The position numbers and the translations under genes were made by a program. The notes below the pieces were generated by a model. It did not search any database and had not been told where the DNA came from. It was given only the letters and a program-made list of their open reading frames with translations. DNA of 64,000 nucleotides from Desulfosoma sp. (GTDB lineage Bacteria; Desulfobacterota; Syntrophobacteria; Syntrophobacterales; DSM-9756): NCBI GenBank assembly GCA_037481835.1, contig JBBFKW010000002.1, forward strand, positions 1-64,000, written 5' to 3'. Numbering within the stretch: position 1 is the stretch's first letter; the number at the start of each line of letters is the position of its first letter. This document shows, piece by piece, positions 58,169 to 64,000 of this stretch.

Positions 58169-59158
58169 CTATTCGTGAGGAACCGCGATGAGGTCCACGA
58201 TCTTCACCGCGTGATTGCCTTTGTGAACCCCCGCAAAAACCTTGTATTTGGGAACGCTTTCCACGCTCGCCGTAAGGGGGTGGTTCACGTCTTGGTCCAA
58301 AACGATGACATCGCCCTTTTCCAGCCGCAGGAGGTCCTGTCCTTTAATTTCCGTTCGTCCCAGGGCGACGCAAAACTGTACGGGGATTTCATAAAGCCTG
58401 CGGATGAAGCGCCGTGTCCAGGAATAATCCACTTCCAGCTGATCGCTCTGGTAGCTGGCGGAAAGTTTGGACCGAATGGGTTCGATGGTGGAATAGGGCA
58501 GGCACAGGATGATCTTTCCCATGAGGGTGTCCATTTCCAGTTCGTAGTGGACCACGATGACGAGTTCGGTGGGCGGCACGATGGTGGCGAACTGGGGGTT
58601 GACTTCCGATCGGACGAACTTGAAGGCCACGGGGGTCACCGGATTCCACGCCTGTTCCAAATCCTTCAAGGCCATGCGCACCACCTTGTTGATGACTCGG
58701 TGTTCGATGGACGTAAAGTCCCGCCCTTCGATCTTAAAGCTGCTGCGCCCCGAGCCGCCGAAGAAGCAGTCGACCAGATTGAAGATCAGGCGGCTTTCAA
58801 CCACAAGCAGGACATGGCCTCGAAAGGGTTCCATCTTGAGCACGTGCAGACTGGTGGGTACCGGCAGCGTGCGGGTGAAATCCCCGAACTTGATCATTTC
58901 CTTTTGGGTCACCGTAATGTCCACCACCTTGCGAAGCGCCCCGGAAAGGGTCACGCGATGGACCCGGGCGAACCGATCGTTGATGATCTCCAAGGTCGGC
59001 ATGCGACCTCGGATGATCCGATCCTGGCTCGTGAGGTCATACGGGCGGATGCCGCTGTGCTCCTCTTCGGCCGCCGCCGCGGTCTCCGCCTCGATTTCCC
59101 CGTCGCTCAACCCCTTGAGGAGGGCATCCACCTCGTCTTGGGAAAGCACCTGTTCCAT
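58169..59158 (-). CDS. fliM: C-ring switch protein
   Basis: N-terminal LSQDEVDALL CheY-binding peptide. Confidence 0.96.
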   Translation of the reverse strand: MEQVLSQDEVDALLKGLSDGEIEAETAAAAEEEHSGIRPYDLTSQDRIIRGRMPTLEIINDRFARVHRVTLSGALRKVVDITVTQKEMIKFGDFTRTLPVPTSLHVLKMEPFRGHVLLVVESRLIFNLVDCFFGGSGRSSFKIEGRDFTSIEHRVINKVVRMALKDLEQAWNPVTPVAFKFVRSEVNPQFATIVPPTELVIVVHYELEMDTLMGKIILCLPYSTIEPIRSKLSASYQSDQLEVDYSWTRRFIRRLYEIPVQFCVALGRTEIKGQDLLRLEKGDVIVLDQDVNHPLTASVESVPKYKVFAGVHKGNHAVKIVDLIAVPHE

Positions 59159-59172
59159 GGTCCCACCCGAAT

Positions 59173-59673
59173 TTATTGCACCAGGAATTCGGTGAAATAG
59201 ATATCCTGCACGGTCCCTTGCTTGAGCAGCCGATTGAGCGTGGCCATGAGAGTCTTCTTCAACGCCAGTTTGCCGGAAAGGCTTGAAATGTCGTCGTATT
59301 CCTTGCTGGAAAGGAGCATGAGGATGGAATCTCGAAGCTCCGCCATGCGAGCGTCGATTTCCTGCGAGGCGGCCTCGCTGTTAAGGCTCAGCTGCATCGT
59401 CACCTTCAGGTAGCGCTCACCGCCCGGATCGGCGAGGTTGACCAGGAAGGTTTCCATGTTTTTCACGACGGGTTTCGCCTCTACGGGCTTGGCTTGGGCT
59501 TCCTTGGGCTTGTCGGCCGCGGCGAAAAACTTGGTGTAGGCGAAAAAGCCTCCTCCTCCCACAAGGGCTAGTGCCAGCGTGAGAACAAGGATCTTGATCA
59601 AGGGTGACTTCTTCTTTTGCGGTTGTTCCGCCTCTTGGGGCTTTTCTTGTCCCTCTTTTTTCTGTGCCGCCAT
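59173..59673 (-). CDS. fliL: Flagellar basal-body protein
   Basis: TM, FLVNLAD, LRDSI, IYFTEFLVQ. Confidence 0.93.
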   Translation of the reverse strand: MAAQKKEGQEKPQEAEQPQKKKSPLIKILVLTLALALVGGGGFFAYTKFFAAADKPKEAQAKPVEAKPVVKNMETFLVNLADPGGERYLKVTMQLSLNSEAASQEIDARMAELRDSILMLLSSKEYDDISSLSGKLALKKTLMATLNRLLKQGTVQDIYFTEFLVQ

Positions 59674-59700
59674 CGTGTCGACTCCTCAGAGACTCAAAAA

Positions 59701-60465
59701 TTATTCAAAGCGACTCTTTCTCGAATTGGGCGCCACAAAAGAGTGGAGCTTTTGCTCGATCACCCTGGGGTTCTCGCCATTGGCCACACTGACGATGCCG
59801 CTGATGATCATTTCTTTCACGAGAGCCTCTTCTGAGCTCCTCTTCTTGAGCTTTCCCGCCATGGGAAGGCAGACCAAGTTGGCGGCGACGGCTCCATAAA
59901 ATGTGGTCAAGAGCGCCACGGCCATGGACGGTCCGATGGTGCTCGGATCACTCATCGTCTTAAGCATCTGGACAAGACCGATGAGGGTCCCGATCATGCC
60001 CATGGCCGGAAAGAACGTGGCCATGGTCGTCAAGATCTCGGCGCCGGATTTGTGCCTCTCTTCCAAGTATTCGATTTCGGTTTCCAGGATGTCCCGAATG
60101 GCCTCGGGTTCCATTCCGTCGATGGTGAGCTGCAGGCCCTTGACGAGGAAAGGATCGTTGAGTGTGGGAACTTCCGATTCCAAGGCCAGGATCCCCTCTC
60201 TGCGGGACTTGTTGGCAAATTCCACAAAGCGATCGACCACCTCCTGGGTGCTCCAGGCCTTGGTAAAAAACACATTCTTGACGACTTTGACCACACTCAA
60301 GACGTCAGCGAGCGGATAGTTGATCATCGTCGCTCCGATGGTTCCCCCGAAGACAATCAGAACGGAAGGAATGTCGATGAAAAGCCCCAGACCTCCACCC
60401 ATCATGATGGAGATAAGGACTAGGGCGAACGCGGAAATGATCCCGACAAGGGTTGCAATGTCCAT
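59701..60465 (-). CDS. motA: Stator A subunit (MotA/PomA)
   Basis: RREGILALE, PAMGMIGTLIGL, ALLTTFYG, GENPR. Confidence 0.95.
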   Translation of the reverse strand: MDIATLVGIISAFALVLISIMMGGGLGLFIDIPSVLIVFGGTIGATMINYPLADVLSVVKVVKNVFFTKAWSTQEVVDRFVEFANKSRREGILALESEVPTLNDPFLVKGLQLTIDGMEPEAIRDILETEIEYLEERHKSGAEILTTMATFFPAMGMIGTLIGLVQMLKTMSDPSTIGPSMAVALLTTFYGAVAANLVCLPMAGKLKKRSSEEALVKEMIISGIVSVANGENPRVIEQKLHSFVAPNSRKSRFE

Positions 60466-60560
60466 CCAGCGTCCTCTCCCCCTTTGACGTTCCAGAGCTC
60501 AAAGCCAAGCCCACGACATGGGAGACACGAAGTGCCCCACACCATGCCGCCGCTTGGTTT

Positions 60561-60577
60561 AGCAAGCCGCGCGCCAG
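60561..60577 (-). promoter_or_regulatory. Sigma54 promoter of the motA-fliL-fliM...fliA operon
   Basis: Minus strand CTGGCGC-GCGGC-TTGCT. Confidence 0.8.
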
Positions 60578-60692
60578 ATTGCCCGGAAAGGATGTCTTAC
60601 CGTCTTGTCGGGGGAGAATACTTCGGAATCTGAAGCCGAAAAGGGGGGCTATGTCAGATCTCTGACGATCGGCGAGCCCCTCCCGGATGAAG

Positions 60693-60721
60693 CCTCCCCC
60701 CGAAGGCAGGACGGGGGGAGG
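60693..60721 (-). terminator. GC-rich hairpin downstream of flgE
   Basis: CCTCCCCCCG-N9-CGGGGGGAGG perfect 10-bp stem; T tail is weak. Confidence 0.6.
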
Positions 60722-60746
60722 ACGACCCCGAGGCTTACGACCGACA

Positions 60747-61928
60747 TCATCGCACCATGTTCACGGCGGTGTTGAGCAGTTCGGCGGAGGTGGTGATGGT
60801 TTTGGAATTGGCGTTGTAGCTTGCCTGGTAGGTGATCATGTTGACCATTTCCTTGGCGATATCCACGTTGGAGCCTTCGATGGTGGAGCTGAAGATGTTG
60901 CCGCGGATGCCGTCGTTGGCCGTGCCGTGAATGGGGAATTTGGATTCGGGGCCCTGGGTGTAGAGGTTGTTGCCCTGGCGGATGAGGCCGTTGTTATTGG
61001 CGAAAGTGGACACGCGCAGCTGTCCGTCCAACACGGGTTGCGGGTCGTTGGACGTGGCCATCCAATTGTCGGCCGTCCATTCTTCGCCGTTGGCCAGCGT
61101 GGATGTGACGTCCGCGATGGTGTAATAGCCGGGCGCGGCGTCGGGGCTTATGCCCGTCACATCCGGCGTGCCGTCGCCGTCGATATCCGTATCCGTCAAG
61201 GGAAATTCCGAAAGATTGATCGCCCCGGTAAAGGCGTCCATCTCCCCGTCGCCGTCGGTATCCGTGTTGAATTGCAGGTGGAAGGTATCGTCTTCCCCCA
61301 CGGTAAGGGTCAGTTCCGTTCCGTCGTTCAGGGTGATGGTGATATCGGCGTTGACGGGATCCTTAATGTAAACGCTTCCATACGCCTTGGCCGATTGATT
61401 GGCGTTGGGAGCGTAGATGACCACCTGGTTCGGGTCCGTCGGGGTTCCCCAAATCTGGCCGTTGCTGTCCACGTAATAATTGCTGAAGCGGGGATCGGTG
61501 GGGTTGTCCACTTTGATGGCGTTACCCTCTCGATTGAGCACGCGATACCCGAGTTCGTTCACCAGGTAACCGTCCTTGTCCATGTGGAAGCTGCCGTCCC
61601 GCGTATAGTAAACATTTGTCGTCCCGGGCACCTGCACGCTGAAAAATCCCTCCCCGTTAATGGCCAAATCGGACCAGCGCGTCGTGCTGATGAGCGGGCC
61701 TTGGGAAAACTGGGTGACGATTCCCATGATGGCCGTGCCCGATCCTTCACGGTCCGAATCCTGAGACAGGGTGGAATAGTATCCCGCCACCAGGTCCCCG
61801 AACCGCACGCTGTTGCTCTTAAAAGCAGTCGTGTTCACGTTGGCGATGTTGTCGCTCACCACCGTCAATGCGGTGGCGCTGGCGTTGAGTCCGCTGACGC
61901 CGATGTTCATGGCTTGGCTGATTCCCAT
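60747..61928 (-). CDS. flgE: Flagellar hook protein
   Basis: NIANVNT..FK, YTRDGSF..D..GYLV, EGSNVD...E...MI..Q..Y.AN.K. Confidence 0.93.
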   Translation of the reverse strand: MGISQAMNIGVSGLNASATALTVVSDNIANVNTTAFKSNSVRFGDLVAGYYSTLSQDSDREGSGTAIMGIVTQFSQGPLISTTRWSDLAINGEGFFSVQVPGTTNVYYTRDGSFHMDKDGYLVNELGYRVLNREGNAIKVDNPTDPRFSNYYVDSNGQIWGTPTDPNQVVIYAPNANQSAKAYGSVYIKDPVNADITITLNDGTELTLTVGEDDTFHLQFNTDTDGDGEMDAFTGAINLSEFPLTDTDIDGDGTPDVTGISPDAAPGYYTIADVTSTLANGEEWTADNWMATSNDPQPVLDGQLRVSTFANNNGLIRQGNNLYTQGPESKFPIHGTANDGIRGNIFSSTIEGSNVDIAKEMVNMITYQASYNANSKTITTSAELLNTAVNMVR

Positions 61929-61992
61929 GGCTGACCTCCTTGACCTTATTGGAGAACTGTCTCTTCTCCGTTTGTATACATCTCCCGGCTGT

Positions 61993-62712
61993 TCACGATG
62001 CCGCGGCCGTTTGGCCGTCCGCCGTGCCCAAAGCGGGCGTTTCGACGGTGGTGATGAGGCTCACCGGCACGCGAATGCCGCTGTTGTGGTCCAACACCAC
62101 GTAGTTCACGCCCTGTTCCATGAGGAAACCACAGACGTTGCCCATGACCAAGGGCAGGGCGGCGACGGATTCCCCGGAAGGTCCCAGGGCTTCCACGGAG
62201 AAAGTGTATTCCCCGTCGGGCAGGGATTTCCCTTGGTCGTCTTTTCCGTCCCAGGCAAAGTCGTGCCGGCCTGCTTGGAGGGATCCGAGGGAGAGGGTTC
62301 GCACAGTCCGGCCGGCGCTGTCGGTGATGACGACCTTCACGGTGGCCGGGCTCTGCAGGTCCAAGCCCGCTCGGGAGACCGTGCCGTTTTTCAGCTGCAG
62401 GCGATTGTCCTGGGCGACGATGGTTTTTCCCAGCAGCTGCACTCCCATGGCGTTGTTGATGGAGATGAGATAATTCTGCTGTGCCTTGAGTTGGGCGTGC
62501 ACCTGGGTCAGTTTTTCCACGGTGCTGAACTGCGCCAACTGGGCAGCCATCTCGTAGGCCGCCATGGGGTTCGTGGGGTCTTGATGCTGCAGCTGCGTCG
62601 TGAACAGCAAAAGAAACGCGTTCATGTCCGACAAGCTCGTGCCCCCGACCGCCCCGGTGATGGGGGGTGTCTCGGCTGCTTGCGTCAGGGCTGGAACCGA
62701 TGCGACTGCCAT
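61993..62712 (-). CDS. flgD: Hook capping protein
   Basis: QLQHQDPTNPM, QLAQFS.VE, WDGKD..G..LPDG.Y. Confidence 0.95.
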   Translation of the reverse strand: MAVASVPALTQAAETPPITGAVGGTSLSDMNAFLLLFTTQLQHQDPTNPMAAYEMAAQLAQFSTVEKLTQVHAQLKAQQNYLISINNAMGVQLLGKTIVAQDNRLQLKNGTVSRAGLDLQSPATVKVVITDSAGRTVRTLSLGSLQAGRHDFAWDGKDDQGKSLPDGEYTFSVEALGPSGESVAALPLVMGNVCGFLMEQGVNYVVLDHNSGIRVPVSLITTVETPALGTADGQTAAAS

Positions 62713-62739
62713 GAGGGGTCTCCGTTCTTCAACCGGGTT

Positions 62740-64000
62740 CTAGACGCGGACACTCAGGGCTCGGCCGAGCCCGGCGTCAAAGACGTGCAGGACGTTCATG
62801 AGGTTTTCGCCTTCGTCGCCTTTCCACGGCTTGGACGGCGTCCGCGGTTCGTCATGGGCCCATCGGGCGAGATTGCGCTCGGCAAAGGCCGTGTTTTCCT
62901 GGCGCACATCCACGGAAAACCGGCTCAACTGAAGGCCGTGTTCCGCAAGGACTTCTTTGAGCGATGCTGTATTGCGCTGGAGGATCTCCCGCGCCTCGGG
63001 ATGTTCCGCCTGGACAACGGCGCTCACGCGCGTGCCGTCCGTTTCCACGCGAAGGAAAAGCTTGCCGAGGCTTTCCGGCTGCAACTCCAGCGTCATGAAA
63101 CTTTTGCCACTTCGAGCCCAATGAGAAAGCTTTTGGCCGAATTCCCTGGGCCAGTCGGCGTTGAGAAAGGACAAGGTGGCTGAAGGACTCGAAGACATCG
63201 TTCGGTCCATGGGGGCTGCCGCCGGTTCTGAAAAGACCAACCCTTCGGCGGAACCCTGATAAGCTGCCTGGAAAAGGGCATTGCCGTTCTCACGGGGGCT
63301 TTCGCCGAATGGGGACGAGTCGCCCGCCGGCGATCCCGAACCTTTTCCTAGGTCGTGTCCGAAAAGGCGCCTTTCCGTGAAAAGGTCTTCTGCATTTGCA
63401 GCATCAAAAGGCTTTGAAAAATCGGAAAATATTTCGTGCACCTCGTCGGCCATGTTCAAGGAAGCGGCTGGACTGGCGTCTGAGCTCTCAACAGGGTCAT
63501 AAGCAGTCCTAGACTGAACGCTGGAAACTGTCGCGCCGTGGGGTGCCGTTCCAATCAGCGGGGCTGAAGGCCGATTGAAGATCTCCCAAGGCGGGAGGTC
63601 TCGATCCGGGAGGTCGAAGGCACCCTCAGGAGAGGGTAGAGGCACAGAGGGAAGGGTCTCTTTGTCCGGGGTCACGCCGAGCCCTGCTTTCCAAAGAATT
63701 GGACCCTGAGGAGATGCAGAGCGTGGAAGCGGCCGCGCAAGGTCTTGAGAAATGCCTTCAGGGAAAATGGGAAGGGCACTATGGAAAGCTTCAGAGCTGT
63801 TGGATTGGATGTCGGCCCCCAGGAAATCCGCCTGGGGATGGGGCTGACGATTTTCTGCATGGAGCGAAGAATCCGCCTCGCCGTACGTGGCCTCGTCGGC
63901 TTCGGCGTTTTCCGACGTTTTCCACTCATCCGTGGGCCTTCGCCAAAGGCTGAACGATCCGTCTGCCCAAAAATCTTTAAAATCCTCCGGAACGGAGTCG
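62740..64000 (-). CDS. fliK: Hook-length control protein, 5' end outside the window
   Basis: C-terminal LQPESLG..L...L...G domain. I read the same frame from 63675 to the window end and found no stop, so the gene extends past 64000. Confidence 0.88.
   Translation of the reverse strand, partial: DSVPEDFKDFWADGSFSLWRRPTDEWKTSENAEADEATYGEADSSLHAENRQPHPQADFLGADIQSNSSEAFHSALPIFPEGISQDLARPLPRSASPQGPILWKAGLGVTPDKETLPSVPLPSPEGAFDLPDRDLPPWEIFNRPSAPLIGTAPHGATVSSVQSRTAYDPVESSDASPAASLNMADEVHEIFSDFSKPFDAANAEDLFTERRLFGHDLGKGSGSPAGDSSPFGESPRENGNALFQAAYQGSAEGLVFSEPAAAPMDRTMSSSPSATLSFLNADWPREFGQKLSHWARSGKSFMTLELQPESLGKLFLRVETDGTRVSAVVQAEHPEAREILQRNTASLKEVLAEHGLQLSRFSVDVRQENTAFAERNLARWAHDEPRTPSKPWKGDEGENLMNVLHVFDAGLGRALSVRV

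Noticed and set aside
63672..63929. Separate ORF or frameshift upstream of fliK
   Set aside because: The fliK frame is open to the window edge, so this is an alternative-frame ORF.

Overview
A motility and surface-attachment region from a GC-rich bacterium. Gene content (DVU0524-type gene before flgM, CheA with MshEN-like repeats, PglB-type oligosaccharyltransferase) suggests Desulfobacterota/deltaproteobacteria; this is inference. Layout: (1) 0.3-17.3 kb, two paralogous type IVa minor-pilin/PilY1 tip clusters; (2) 17.4-20.4 kb, a dsbC-pglB/STT3 operon converging on them; (3) 20.7-28.7 kb, two-component and c-di-GMP genes plus flaG; (4) 28.8-36.2 kb, cheR-cheD-cheY-cheX-cheB-cheY-cheA-cheZ; (5) 36.3-64 kb, a diguanylate cyclase, flgM and a long minus-strand flagellar cluster from fliK (cut by the window edge) to flgL, with sigma54 and sigma28 promoter motifs. 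Best candidate for an undescribed system: the cluster-1 minor pilins and PilY1 are strongly enriched in D-N-X-T/S sequons (Asp at -1, not at -2 as in Campylobacter) and lie near a PglB-type N-oligosaccharyltransferase and DsbC. This suggests an N-glycosylated, disulfide-rich bacterial pilus tip with a shifted sequon. All calls come from motif reading and hand counts; no database searches were run, and several start codons are my best choice among alternatives.
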